Positions 19,876-29,737 of a DNA stretch of 64,000 bases are shown here, piece after piece; the first letter of the stretch is position 1, and each line of letters opens with the position of its first letter. The DNA comes from an uncultured Acidobacteriota bacterium (GTDB lineage Bacteria; Acidobacteriota; Thermoanaerobaculia; UBA5066), in NCBI GenBank assembly GCA_963779415.1, contig CAVZYA010000001.1, forward strand, positions 1,376,001-1,440,000. The letters are read 5' to 3'. The notes under the pieces are model-generated. The model searched no databases. It was not told where the DNA came from and was given only the letters and a program-made list of their open reading frames with translations. Position numbers and translations under genes: made by a program.

Positions 19876-20964
19876 TCATCGGACGGCCGGCTCCAGGAGC
19901 GTGAGCGTTCCCGCGTCGCCGTCCAGCTCGGCCATCGCTCCGATCGGGAGCGTGGCGTTTTCCGGAACATGCCCGAAGCTGAAGCCCGCGACGACCGGGA
20001 TGCCGAGCTTCCCGAACCGGTCCGCGCAGACTTCCTGCCAGGTCCAGGTGCCGAGGCCGCTAAAGGAGGGCTTGTAGAGCCCCGGGCGGCACCCCGCGAA
20101 TTTTCCGAGCGCGACGCCCGCGAGCGTCGAGAGCTTTCCCGAGAGGAGGAATCCCGTCAGCCACCGGTCCAGCCGGTAGGGGTCTTCCTCCACCTCCTCG
20201 AGGAAGAGGATCCGCCCGGCGAGCGGCGGCTCGTACGGCGTCCCGAAGAGAGGCGCCAGAACGCTGATGTTCCCGCCGACGAGGCGCCCTTTTCCTTTTC
20301 CCGGAGCCAGCTTGTAGATCCGGGTGTCCCGCTCGCCGCCGCTGCGCCGGCCCGGCTCTCCGGTGGCGTTCTCGGCGAGCTTCCCGGTCTCGCCGTTCAT
20401 GACGACGCGGCGGAGATTCTCCAGCGCGTACTCGTTCTGCGCCCCGGCCATCGGGCCATGGAACGTGACGAGGCCCGTAATCCGGTGGATCGCGTTGTGG
20501 GTCGCCGTGATGTCGGAAAAGCCGATGTAGGGCTTCGGGTTCTTCCGGATCGTCTGGTAGTCGAGGTACGGAAGGATCCGGGAGGAACCGTAGCCGCCGC
20601 TGATGCACCAGACGCCGGTGACGGCAGGGTCGGCGAAGGCGGCGTTCACGTCGGCCGCGCGGTCGGCGTCTCCGCCGGCCAGGTAGTAGGTCTTCTTCGC
20701 CGCGTTCGGCATCACCTTCGGGACGAAGCCCATCGCGGCCACCGCTTCGGCGGCGATCTCGTTCGACTCGTACTCGTACGACGGCGACGCGGGGCGGACG
20801 AGGGCGACCGTGTCTCCCTTCTTCAGCGCCTTCGGGAAGATCGGTTCGGGTGCGGACCCGGCAGGGGCGGCGGGCGCGGCGGACGAGGCGCGCGAAAGCC
20901 CGAGGAGCGAAGAGACGGAGGCGACTGAGACTCCCCCAAGAAACGAGCGCCTGCTGGTCGCCAT
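19876..20964 (-). CDS. S66 LD-carboxypeptidase with Tat signal
   Basis: MATSRRSFLGG; GGYGSSR, GFSDIT, GGNI, LEEV, FGH. Confidence 0.9.
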   Translation of the reverse strand: MATSRRSFLGGVSVASVSSLLGLSRASSAAPAAPAGSAPEPIFPKALKKGDTVALVRPASPSYEYESNEIAAEAVAAMGFVPKVMPNAAKKTYYLAGGDADRAADVNAAFADPAVTGVWCISGGYGSSRILPYLDYQTIRKNPKPYIGFSDITATHNAIHRITGLVTFHGPMAGAQNEYALENLRRVVMNGETGKLAENATGEPGRRSGGERDTRIYKLAPGKGKGRLVGGNISVLAPLFGTPYEPPLAGRILFLEEVEEDPYRLDRWLTGFLLSGKLSTLAGVALGKFAGCRPGLYKPSFSGLGTWTWQEVCADRFGKLGIPVVAGFSFGHVPENATLPIGAMAELDGDAGTLTLLEPAVR

Positions 20965-21067
20965 GCGGTGGATTCTAACCGCCGCCCGGTGCGTCCCCCA
21001 TCGAAGGCGGGCCGAAACGGAAGGGCGGCGAAGGGGATTCCGACTGGTCGTATCCCGGTCGCTCCCT

Positions 21068-21601
21068 TCAGTCGTCGGCGCCGGCCGGCGTCGGCGCGGC
21101 GGACGCCCCGGACGCCGCCATCGCGTGGACACCGAACGCATGGACGAGCTGCCCTCCCTGGTGGGCCGTGTTGGTCAGGACGGCCGCCCCGGCCCCGTAG
21201 AAGATCAGAAACGCGACGTGAAGGGCGACCATCGAACGCCGCTCGAGCTCCTTCCTGAAGACGAGGGGACCGAAGACGATGACGCCGAAGATGACCGTCA
21301 GCGCCGTGAAGAGTACGCGCGTCGCCTCGGCGAGCGCTTCATGGCGCTCCAGGGCCTGGTTGATCTGGGGGCTCCGCTCGGCCAGACGCCCCGCGGCCTC
21401 GCCCGTCGGCACGGCGACGTAGATCGCGATCGTGCCGAGGAGCATCAGGAGAAGCGCGGCCCGGAGAAAGGCGGGACCCGAGGCGCGGCGGACGAGCCCC
21501 AGGACGACAAACAGGGGGGCCACGAGGAGGAGCGCGATCGGGAAGTGGGTCACGAGCGGGTGGAGGCCATCCCAGGTCGGAAGCGGCGGCAGTGCGAGCA
21601 T
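21068..21601 (-). CDS. DUF2231 membrane protein
   Basis: LHPLVTHFPIALL, HEALA, TAHQGGQLVHAFGV. Confidence 0.8.
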   Translation of the reverse strand: MLALPPLPTWDGLHPLVTHFPIALLLVAPLFVVLGLVRRASGPAFLRAALLLMLLGTIAIYVAVPTGEAAGRLAERSPQINQALERHEALAEATRVLFTALTVIFGVIVFGPLVFRKELERRSMVALHVAFLIFYGAGAAVLTNTAHQGGQLVHAFGVHAMAASGASAAPTPAGADD

Positions 21602-21629
21602 CTTTCGTCTCTCCGTCAGGTTGAGAGCC

Positions 21630-21656
21630 CGCCCCGGCCCCTTCCGGGCCGGGGCG
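21630..21656. other. GC-rich intergenic hairpin between rubrerythrin and DUF2231
   Basis: CGCCCCGGCCC-cttcc-GGGCCGGGGCG; no U-tract. Confidence 0.5.
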
Positions 21657-21694
21657 TCTCGGGCTCCCGGGGATCGTCCGGCACGTGGCCGGGG

Positions 21695-22330
21695 CTATCC
21701 GACGAGGACGTACTTGTCCTTCGGGTTGAAGCAGGAGATGCACTTCTCGAAGTTCAGGTTCGTCGTGGTGTAGCCGCAGACCGTGCAGACGTAGAAGGTC
21801 TTCTTCGCCGTCTTCCAGGATTCGAGGTTCTGGGACGCGTCGCCGTAGAGCGCGGCGTGCTCGGCCTCGGCCGTCTTCGCGTAAGTGAAGGTCTGCAGGG
21901 CGTCGCGGTTGTTCTCGGCGCGAGCCTGCTTGATGAAATCGGGGTACATCGTGTCGCGCTCGTAGGTCTCGCCCGCGATCGCCGCCTTCAGGTTCTCCTG
22001 CGTCGACTTCACCTCGGGAGTCTTGATGTCGGCCTTCGGGACCGCGTTGAGCTTCTTGATGACGGCCGCATGGCTCGCGGCGTGGATCTCCTCCGCCCGG
22101 GCCGCGGCCCGGAAGAGCCCGGCGACGGCAGGGTACCCGTCCTGGTCGGCCTTCTTGGCGAACGCCAGGTACCGGGCGTGTGCGTTGCTCTCCCCGTCGT
22201 AGGCCGCCTGAAGGTTCGTCAGCGACTTGGTTTCCGGGGCTGGTTTCGTCATCTCGGCGGACGCGCTGAACCCGAGCCCCATGGCGAGGGCGAGGGCGGC
22301 GCCGATGAACGGGAGTTGCGGATACCGCAT
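21695..22330 (-). CDS. rbr: rubrerythrin with N-terminal signal peptide
   Basis: GESNAHARY, EEIH, GETYE, EAEH; C-term CTVC...CISC. Confidence 0.9.
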   Translation of the reverse strand: MRYPQLPFIGAALALAMGLGFSASAEMTKPAPETKSLTNLQAAYDGESNAHARYLAFAKKADQDGYPAVAGLFRAAARAEEIHAASHAAVIKKLNAVPKADIKTPEVKSTQENLKAAIAGETYERDTMYPDFIKQARAENNRDALQTFTYAKTAEAEHAALYGDASQNLESWKTAKKTFYVCTVCGYTTTNLNFEKCISCFNPKDKYVLVG

Positions 22331-22374
22331 TGAAGATTTCCTCCTTCAGGCCGGACTGGCCTCGCCTCACGGGG

Positions 22375-22391
22375 AGCAACAGCGATGCCTC
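22375..22391 (-). promoter_or_regulatory. sigma-54 -24/-12 promoter for rbr
   Basis: Minus strand AGGCATCGCTGTTGCT = GG-N10-GC; adjacent to an NtrC-family gene. Confidence 0.7.
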
Positions 22392-22462
22392 GCACCCGCG
22401 GCTCCCCAAGTGTTTGCCGCGGAGCCGCTTCCTATCGCGTCGAAAGCCCCAGCCCCCTCGGA

Positions 22463-22512
22463 CGTTCGAGAATTTCGACAGCCGGCCACCGTATCGTCGA
22501 AGGATTTCGACG
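22463..22512. promoter_or_regulatory. putative enhancer (UAS) sites for the sigma-54 activator
   Basis: Palindrome CGTCGAA-ggat-TTCGACG (22495-22512) and related GTTCGAGAATTTCGACA. Confidence 0.5.
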
Positions 22513-22528
22513 TCCCGGGGCGATCCGG

Positions 22529-23929
22529 TCAATTCGGGGAGCGAGGCCCGAGACCGTGCTTGCGGATCTTGTAGGCGATGTCGCTTCGGGAGATTCCCAG
22601 ACGGCGCGCCGCCTCGGCCTGGATCCCGGAGGCCGACTCGAGGGCGCGCCCCACCAGGCCCTTCTCCACCTCATCCAGCATCCGCCTCAGATCGACGGAG
22701 GGCGGAAGGGAGGAGAGCCACGCCTCGGCGCCCGCAGGAGACGGGACGCCGCTTCGGCCCGAAGCCCCGAGCGCGATCGGGAAGTCATCCGGCTGAAGCT
22801 CCGGCCCCGACGCGAGGATGCAGGCCCGCTCGACGATGTTCCGGAGCTCCCGCACGTTTCCGGGGAAATCGTAGTTCGAGAGGGCTTCGAGCGCGGCGGG
22901 CGAGATCCGCCGCGCCGGAGCCTTCAGCGCGAGAGCCACGCGCGCCAGAAGGCGGTCGACGAGGAGCGGGAGGTCCTCGAGCCGCTCGCGCAGCGGCGGA
23001 ACGAGCAGCGGGACGACGGCGATCCGGTAGTAGAGGTCCTCCCGGAAAAGTCCGTCGCGGACGCGCCCGGACAGGTCCCGGTGCGTCGCGACGAGAAGGC
23101 GCACGTCGACCTTTCTCGGAACGGTCGTGCCGACCCGTACGACCTCTCCGTCCACGAGGACCCTCAGGAGGCGCGCCTGCATCGCCGGGGCCATCTCACC
23201 CACCTCGTCGAGGAAGAGCGTTCCGCGGTGGGCCGCTTCGAAGAGTCCCTGCCGCGGCCGGTCCGCTCCGGTGAAGGCTCCCCGCTCGTGTCCGAAGAGC
23301 TCGCTCTCGAGCAGCGTCTCCGTGAAGGCGGCGCAGTTCACGGGGACGAACGGATGGAGTGCGCGCGGGCTGATCTCGTGGAGGGCCCGGGCGACGAGCT
23401 CCTTCCCGACACCCGTCTCGCCCGTGATCAGGACCGTGGCGCCGGTCGGACCGACGCGCGCGATCATCTCGCGGACCCGCCGCATCGCGGGACTCTCGCC
23501 GACGAGCTCGGTCCCCACCCTGAGTTGCCGGACGGCGCCTTTCAGGTTCTCGTTCTCGCGGACGAGGGCGCTCCGCTCCGACGCGCGACGTACGACCGCG
23601 CGGACGGTCTCCGCGACGAACGGCTTCGTGATGAAGTCGAACGCCCCCTCCTTGAGCGCCGCCACGGCGAGCTCCAAGGTGGCGAAGGCCGTGACGATGA
23701 CGACGGGGAGCGCCGGGTCGGCCTCGCGCGCGGCCGCGACGAGCGACAGCCCTTCGCCGTCGGGCATCTTCTGGTCGGTGATGACGAGGTCGAAGGGCCT
23801 CGTCTCGAGGAGTCGCCGCGCCTCCGCGACGCCGCCTGCCTCCACGGCGACGTGGCCGTCCTCGCCAAGGATCGCCGCGAGGATACGGCGCACGGAGACT
23901 TCGTCGTCGACGAGAAGGACTTGCGCCAT
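22529..23929 (-). CDS. sigma-54-dependent response regulator (NtrC family)
   Basis: REC domain (VDDE, DQKMP); GETGVGKE, GAFTGA, FPGNVREL; Fis HTH. Confidence 0.95.
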   Translation of the reverse strand: MAQVLLVDDEVSVRRILAAILGEDGHVAVEAGGVAEARRLLETRPFDLVITDQKMPDGEGLSLVAAAREADPALPVVIVTAFATLELAVAALKEGAFDFITKPFVAETVRAVVRRASERSALVRENENLKGAVRQLRVGTELVGESPAMRRVREMIARVGPTGATVLITGETGVGKELVARALHEISPRALHPFVPVNCAAFTETLLESELFGHERGAFTGADRPRQGLFEAAHRGTLFLDEVGEMAPAMQARLLRVLVDGEVVRVGTTVPRKVDVRLLVATHRDLSGRVRDGLFREDLYYRIAVVPLLVPPLRERLEDLPLLVDRLLARVALALKAPARRISPAALEALSNYDFPGNVRELRNIVERACILASGPELQPDDFPIALGASGRSGVPSPAGAEAWLSSLPPSVDLRRMLDEVEKGLVGRALESASGIQAEAARRLGISRSDIAYKIRKHGLGPRSPN

Positions 23930-23932
23930 CCG

Positions 23933-25219
23933 TCATCCCGCCGGACCGGGCAGGGCAAGCTCGAAGCGGATCCGCCCGGATTCGTTGGAGCCGAGCTTCA
24001 CGTCGCCGCCGTGCGCTCGCGCGATGCTCCGCGCCACGGCCAGCCCGAGGCCGGTCCCCCGGGGCTTCGTCGTGAAGAAAGGCTCGAAGAGATGGGCCCT
24101 CGTCTCCGGAGGAATCGGATCGCCTCCGTTTTCGACGCAGAGAATCGCGCGGCCCGCCTCGCCTCTCGCCCCGAGGGTCACGACGCCTCCTTCGGGGCTC
24201 GCCTCGAGGCCATTGACGACGAGATCGAGGAGAGCCTGGTAGAGCTGGAACGGATCGGCGAAGAGCGCTCCGTCGGCCGGGGCGTCGACCCGGAGGGTCC
24301 GCCCGAGCTCCGACGCGCGCGCCCGCGCCACGTCCGCGACGTACGAGAGGCAGTCCGCGATCGAAAGCTCCTTCTTCTCCGGCTCCCGCACGTGCGCGTA
24401 GGCGAGGAAGTCGGTCGTCAGCTTCTCCAGCCGCGCGGCCTCCGAGAGGACGATCTCCCGCATCTCCCCGGCCACGGGGTCTTCAGGCGGGCGCTCCTTC
24501 ATCAGCCTCGTCGAGCTGGCGATCATGGCCACGGGATTCCGGATCTCGTGGGCGATCGCAGACGACAGCCGACCGAGCGCGGCGAGCTTTTCCTCGCGCA
24601 CGAGGAGGTCCTTGGTCCTCTCCAGGGCGTCGAGGCTCTCCTGGACTCGCGCCCGCTCGCGCCGGATCTGGCCGGCCAGGGCCGCCACGACGATCGCGAT
24701 CACGAAGTAAGTCAGGGCGAGGGTGGCCGCCTCGTAGAACTCCAGCATCCTCGGGGGCGGGTGCTGCCGGTAGTAGAGCCAGAGCTCGACGAAGGTCAGC
24801 GCGACGGCCGCGCCCGCGACGGAGAGGACGCCGGCGAGCCGGAACCGGAAGGCGGCGGCCGCGATCGGAAGGACCATCAGCACCGTGTAGTGGCTGTCCT
24901 CGAACCCCCCCAGAAGCGCCACCCCGAAGGCGAGGAGAAGCTTGACCCAGACCGAGGCCCACCCGAAGAGCCGCACCCGCAGCCCGCTCAGCGGGCCCTT
25001 GAGCCCCTGGAGGGCGAGAAGCTCGAGCGTCTGGAGAAGGAAAAACGCCCCGATCGCCCAGAGCATCCGCCGGGAGGGGACGCCGAGCATCGGGCTGAAG
25101 CCCACGTGGATGACGAGCAGCGCCGCGAGGACCCCGAGGCCGAGGATCGTCAACGTCGACTCCTGGCGGCGGAACGAGAGAACGTCTGCGTCGGAGGAGG
25201 TCTCGAACGTCGGGAGCAT
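23933..25219 (-). CDS. membrane sensor histidine kinase
   Basis: Several TMs; AHEIRNP; FFTTK..GTGLGL. Confidence 0.93.
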   Translation of the reverse strand: MLPTFETSSDADVLSFRRQESTLTILGLGVLAALLVIHVGFSPMLGVPSRRMLWAIGAFFLLQTLELLALQGLKGPLSGLRVRLFGWASVWVKLLLAFGVALLGGFEDSHYTVLMVLPIAAAAFRFRLAGVLSVAGAAVALTFVELWLYYRQHPPPRMLEFYEAATLALTYFVIAIVVAALAGQIRRERARVQESLDALERTKDLLVREEKLAALGRLSSAIAHEIRNPVAMIASSTRLMKERPPEDPVAGEMREIVLSEAARLEKLTTDFLAYAHVREPEKKELSIADCLSYVADVARARASELGRTLRVDAPADGALFADPFQLYQALLDLVVNGLEASPEGGVVTLGARGEAGRAILCVENGGDPIPPETRAHLFEPFFTTKPRGTGLGLAVARSIARAHGGDVKLGSNESGRIRFELALPGPAG

Positions 25220-25274
25220 TCGTGGATCCTCCCGCGATTCTAGCGACCGAACGCGACGACCTGCCGGGAGCGCC

Positions 25275-27905
25275 TCAGGGAGGAAACGGGGACGGCGGAA
25301 GTGGGATGACCATCGGCAGGTAGCTCCCGTCGCCCGTCCCCTCCCCGGGCACGGCCCCGTCGTTGACGACGCCGTAGACGAAGATGGGCATCACGCCGAA
25401 GGACCCCGAACCAGAAGTGACCCTGACACGGACATAACCGCTGCTCACCCCGAAGCCCGCAAGGATCGAACTAAACTGAACCCAGTCGGGCAGCATTGGG
25501 TCCAGCGAGCAGGTCCGGGTGCCTACGAGTGTCCCGAAATGGCCGTCGAAGACGTCCAGCGAGAGATCCAGAAGTTGGTAGACGCCCGAAGGTATTCCTC
25601 CAGTGGGTGGGTCTATGACGCCAACGGCCAGATTCGAGCGGCTCAGATCATCCTGCCGGAGTCCGAAGATCCAGGCCTCCGGAAGGGGGGACTGCCCCGG
25701 AGTGAGCGCCGGGTATGCGACCCCGAAGCTCCCCCCGGAGGGCGGCGCGGACCACGTGCGAGCTCCCGCATGGAGCTCGGCCGTGTAGATGTTCGAAAAG
25801 ATCTGAAGCGGGCCTGACGCCGGCGCCGTCACGAGATATGAGACGACGTCGGGGATGAACCTCTGCTCGTGGGGCTGGAGAACGACGTCTTTGTCGGAAC
25901 TCGCATCTCGAAATGACACCGTGATTGCTTCCTCGCCCGAATTCGTCAGAACGAGATCCGTCACGAACCCGGCCGTGTGCGCCGCGACCGGCACCATCAG
26001 TCCCGAGACGGCCGGACCGGAGGAGGTGGGAGCGACGAACGACCCATCGTTCGTCACGTTGTCGTTGACGACGGCGTAAGCGTAGAAGGGGTCGACGCCG
26101 CCGATTCGTTCGATAGTCGCCCAGCCGTTCGACATCCCGGCCTGTGAGAGGACGTGGTTGAGCTGGAGCCACTGGCCGGGCCCGAGGCTCACGGGCGCGA
26201 GTTCGGCCGTCCGGGAATCGCCCGGGTCGCCGCTCGTCAAGGTCACCTTCAGCGTGATGGTCGACGTCCCCGCCGGATCGCCGGCGCTGAGAAGGGCGAG
26301 GTTGGTCCGGAAGGCGGCGTTCTCGCGAAGGCCGAAGAGGCGGACGGAAGACTCCGGCATCTCGTTTGGTCCGACGGCCGGATACGCGAGTCCCGCCTGT
26401 CCGGGTCCCGAAGGGGCGGTCGTCCTCGCCGCGGCGTAGACGACGTCTGAGTTCGAGGCGCCGGTGGCCCGGATCCGGAGCGTTCCCCCCTGCTGTCCCG
26501 ATGTCGGGATCGGAATCCCTTTCTGGCGAAGGTACGCGATGGCGTCCGGAATCGTCTTCTGCAGCCCCGCACCGAGCGCGTCCGACACGGTCCCGCCGCC
26601 AGACGCCCCGATCGACTCCGCCGGCGTGTAGGTCAGGTCGAGCGATACCGGGGTGGTGCCACGGTTAGCGAGTGTCAAGTCGGTCGTGTATCGGGCTCCG
26701 CCGCTGCCGGCCACGTCGACGACGGCGGGAACGGTCAGAACGCTGCTCGGCCCGGCGGCGTCGGCAACCTGGTAGAGAACGCCGCCACCGTAGTCGAGAA
26801 GATAGAGTTCCCCTGCTTCGTCCTCTCCGAAGCTCGAGATCGCGAAGCCCGCGTCGAGAAGCACGCGGCTCTCCCAGCCCGCCGCGGTCCGTCGAAGGCC
26901 CCGGATCCGGCCGGTGCAATAGTCACCGTAGAAGTAGATTCCCTCGAGTCCTGCGTACGAGAGGCCGCGGTAGACGAAGCCGCCCGTCACTGCGCAGTCG
27001 CCACCTGAATGCGTGTATTCAGTGACGGGCAGGACGAGACCGGTCGGATCGCAGTTCGGCGGGTCGTAGCAGGCGGTCCCCTCCATGATTCGCCAGCCGT
27101 AGTTCTCGCCTCCCGCGCTCGATGCCGGCTGGAAGTCGACCTCCTCGCGGGAATCCTGTCCGACGTCGGCGATGTAGAGGTCTCCCGTCTTCCGGTCGAA
27201 GGAGAAGCGCCACGGGTTCCGAAGCCCCAGCGCCCAGATTTCGGGCCGATACGCTGCATTCGAGACGAAAGGATTCGACGGCGGGACGCCGTACGTCGGC
27301 CACGCCCAAGGATCGATCCGCAGCATCTTCCCGAGGAGGCTCGCCGGGTTCTGGGCGTAGTTCTCGGGGTCCCCCTCCGAACCTCCATCCCCCATCCCGA
27401 TGTAGAGGAAACCGTCGGGGCCAAAGGCGATCTGGCCTCCGTTGTGGTTGGCGTAGGGCTGAGCAATTCTGAGAATGATCTGTTCGCTTCCAGGGTCGAC
27501 CAGATCGGGGGTCCGCCAGTCAACGTAGAACTGTGAGATCTTCGTGTCGCCGTTCAGGTCGGTGTAATCGACTAAGAAATACCCTGGCGTGCGGAAGCCG
27601 GGGGGGAAGGCGACGGAGAGAAGTCCCCTCTCGCCGCAGCAGCTCACGCGGTCCGTGATGTCGAGGAACGGCGTAGAAACGAGCGTTCCGTTCTTCACGA
27701 TCCGGATCCGGCCCTGCTGCTCCACGACGAAGAGCCGACCGCTCCGGTCGCCCGCGTTCGTCACGTGGACCGGTTTCGAGAAGCCCGAGAGCTTCGGGAC
27801 GAGAGCGATCTGAGGCCACCCCTGCGAGGTCGCGCTTCCGGCGGCCCCGAGCAGTACGCCGATGAGCGCGGCCTGGGAGAGGCGCGACCCGTGGTTCGAC
27901 GTCAT
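25275..27905 (-). CDS. PQQ-dependent sugar dehydrogenase family protein with duplicated C-terminal module
   Basis: ERGLLSVAF, NHNGGQIAFGPDG, GLRNPWRFSFD, NYGWRIMEG; C-term module present twice. Confidence 0.88.
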   Translation of the reverse strand: MTSNHGSRLSQAALIGVLLGAAGSATSQGWPQIALVPKLSGFSKPVHVTNAGDRSGRLFVVEQQGRIRIVKNGTLVSTPFLDITDRVSCCGERGLLSVAFPPGFRTPGYFLVDYTDLNGDTKISQFYVDWRTPDLVDPGSEQIILRIAQPYANHNGGQIAFGPDGFLYIGMGDGGSEGDPENYAQNPASLLGKMLRIDPWAWPTYGVPPSNPFVSNAAYRPEIWALGLRNPWRFSFDRKTGDLYIADVGQDSREEVDFQPASSAGGENYGWRIMEGTACYDPPNCDPTGLVLPVTEYTHSGGDCAVTGGFVYRGLSYAGLEGIYFYGDYCTGRIRGLRRTAAGWESRVLLDAGFAISSFGEDEAGELYLLDYGGGVLYQVADAAGPSSVLTVPAVVDVAGSGGARYTTDLTLANRGTTPVSLDLTYTPAESIGASGGGTVSDALGAGLQKTIPDAIAYLRQKGIPIPTSGQQGGTLRIRATGASNSDVVYAAARTTAPSGPGQAGLAYPAVGPNEMPESSVRLFGLRENAAFRTNLALLSAGDPAGTSTITLKVTLTSGDPGDSRTAELAPVSLGPGQWLQLNHVLSQAGMSNGWATIERIGGVDPFYAYAVVNDNVTNDGSFVAPTSSGPAVSGLMVPVAAHTAGFVTDLVLTNSGEEAITVSFRDASSDKDVVLQPHEQRFIPDVVSYLVTAPASGPLQIFSNIYTAELHAGARTWSAPPSGGSFGVAYPALTPGQSPLPEAWIFGLRQDDLSRSNLAVGVIDPPTGGIPSGVYQLLDLSLDVFDGHFGTLVGTRTCSLDPMLPDWVQFSSILAGFGVSSGYVRVRVTSGSGSFGVMPIFVYGVVNDGAVPGEGTGDGSYLPMVIPLPPSPFPP

Positions 27906-27963
27906 CGCGGAGTCCTCCCGGACGGAGTGTCTCGAGCCACGGACTATCTTTCGACGTGGGCCG

Positions 27964-28323
27964 TCAGCGGCCGGAGCCGACGGAGGCCCGGAACGACTTC
28001 AGGGCTTCCTTCTCCTCGTCGTGGACGTGGAAGACGGGGAGGAGCTGGGCGAGGTGGAGGCTCTTCTTGACCCGGTCGTGGAGGTTCAGGAGCTTCAGGT
28101 CCGCGTCGAACTTCTTCGCGACCCGGAGGCTCTGGACCAGCTCGCCGATGCCCGAGCTGTCGATCGACGTCACCTTCGAAAGGTTCAGGAGGATCTTCTT
28201 CCACCCTTCGGCGAGAAGCTCGTTGACGACGCCCCGGAGGATCTCGTCGCCGAGGCCGCAGTGAAGCGGGCCGTTCAGAACGACGATGACGACGTCCCCT
28301 GCCTTCCGGACCGTGACGTGCAT
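27964..28323 (-). CDS. STAS anti-sigma-factor antagonist
   Basis: ILLNLSKVTSIDSSGIGELV. Confidence 0.9.
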   Translation of the reverse strand: MHVTVRKAGDVVIVVLNGPLHCGLGDEILRGVVNELLAEGWKKILLNLSKVTSIDSSGIGELVQSLRVAKKFDADLKLLNLHDRVKKSLHLAQLLPVFHVHDEEKEALKSFRASVGSGR

Positions 28324-28416
28324 GGCCCCTCCATCCTAGCGCCGTCGGGCCGCGAGCGCACGCTGCGTCCTTTCCGGCTTTACGGGGCGGGAGCGGGCCC
28401 GCAGAATAGCGGCCCA

Positions 28417-29737
28417 GTGACCGACACGGAAATCTCGTTCCCCGACGCGCTTCGCGCCGCGCGCGCGAATCGCGCCGGCGAGGCGCCCGTCGCCCGCGCG
28501 CTCGCCCGGCTCGCCGACGACGTTCGGGACGCCCCTCTACGTCTACGACCGGAGGGAGATCGAGGAGCGGGCCGACACCCTCAAGCGCGCCTTCTCCGCC
28601 CGCTTCCCGCGCCTCCGGATCCAATACGCCGTGAAGGCGAACACGAACGTCGCCCTCATCAGGCTCCTTTACGCGCGGGGAATCGGGGCGGAGGTCGTCT
28701 CGGAGGGGGAGGTGTTCCTCGCGAGGAGGGCGGGGGTCCCGCCCGGCGAGATCCTCTTCACCTCCTCGTCGAAAGGGCCCGGAGAGATCGCCGGGGCGGT
28801 GGCGGACGGCATTCTCCTCAACATCGACTCCGAGGACGAGCTTTCGCAGGTCTCCGCCGAGGCCGTCCGCCAGAAGACGACCGCCCGGATCTCGTTCCGT
28901 GTGAACCCCGGCGTCGACCCCGTCACGTTTCACAAGGTCAACACCGGCATCTCGGAGTCGAAGTTCGGCGTCCACCTCGAAGGGGGGATCGCGCTTTCGG
29001 CCTACCGCCGCGCCTCCTCGCTTCCGGGCCTCGCCGTCGTCGGCCTGCACGCCCACATCGGGTCGCAGATCGTCGACCCGGCCGGCCACGTGGAGACGCT
29101 CCGCCGGCTTCTCGCCTTCGCCCTCGAGCTGAAGCGGTCGCTCGGGATCGTTCTCGAATTCGTCGACGCCGGAGGCGGGATCGGGATCCCGTACGAGGAC
29201 GGCCAGAGCGTGATGTCCCCCGACGGCCTCGCTTCGGCCCTCGCGCCCGTCTGGGCGGAAGGGACCCGGGCCCTCGGCTACGAGCCCGAGCTCCGGGTCG
29301 AGCCGGGGCGCTGGTTCGTCGGGCCGGCCGGGTATCTCCTCGCCCGCGTCAACACCGTCAAGCGGACCCCCGTCCGGCTCTTCCTCAACGTCGACGCCGG
29401 ATTCAACACGCTCATGCGCCCCTCGATGTACGGCGCCTATCACCGCGTCCGCGTCGTCGGACGGACGGATCACGGCGAGACGGTGGACGTGGCCGGCGAC
29501 GTCTGCGAGACGGGAGACCTCCTCGCCGAGGAGCGGCGGCTCCCCCGCGCAAAAGCCGGCGACCTTCTCGTCTTCCTCGACGCGGGGGCCTACGGATTCT
29601 CGATGACGAGCGAGTACAACGCCCGGCCCCTGCCGGCCGAAGTCCTCGTCGACGGCGACGACGCTTTCCTGATCCGCCGCCGCGGCACGTTCGACGAACT
29701 CCTCCGCAGCCAGATCGTTCCAGAGAGGATTCCATGA
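28417..29737 (+). CDS. lysA: diaminopimelate decarboxylase; +1 frameshift near 28518
   Basis: FGTPLYVYD, YAVKAN, SKFG, HAHIGSQ, EPGR, CETGD, GAYG. Confidence 0.9.

Noticed and set aside
28505-28530. lysA as a pseudogene
   Set aside because: Single +1 base with all catalytic motifs intact; most likely a read error.
27862-29733. 1239-aa ORF and other long overlapping or antisense ORFs in the track
   Set aside because: High-GC shadow frames; only the GH3 part from 29734 and the short lysA N-terminus are coding.
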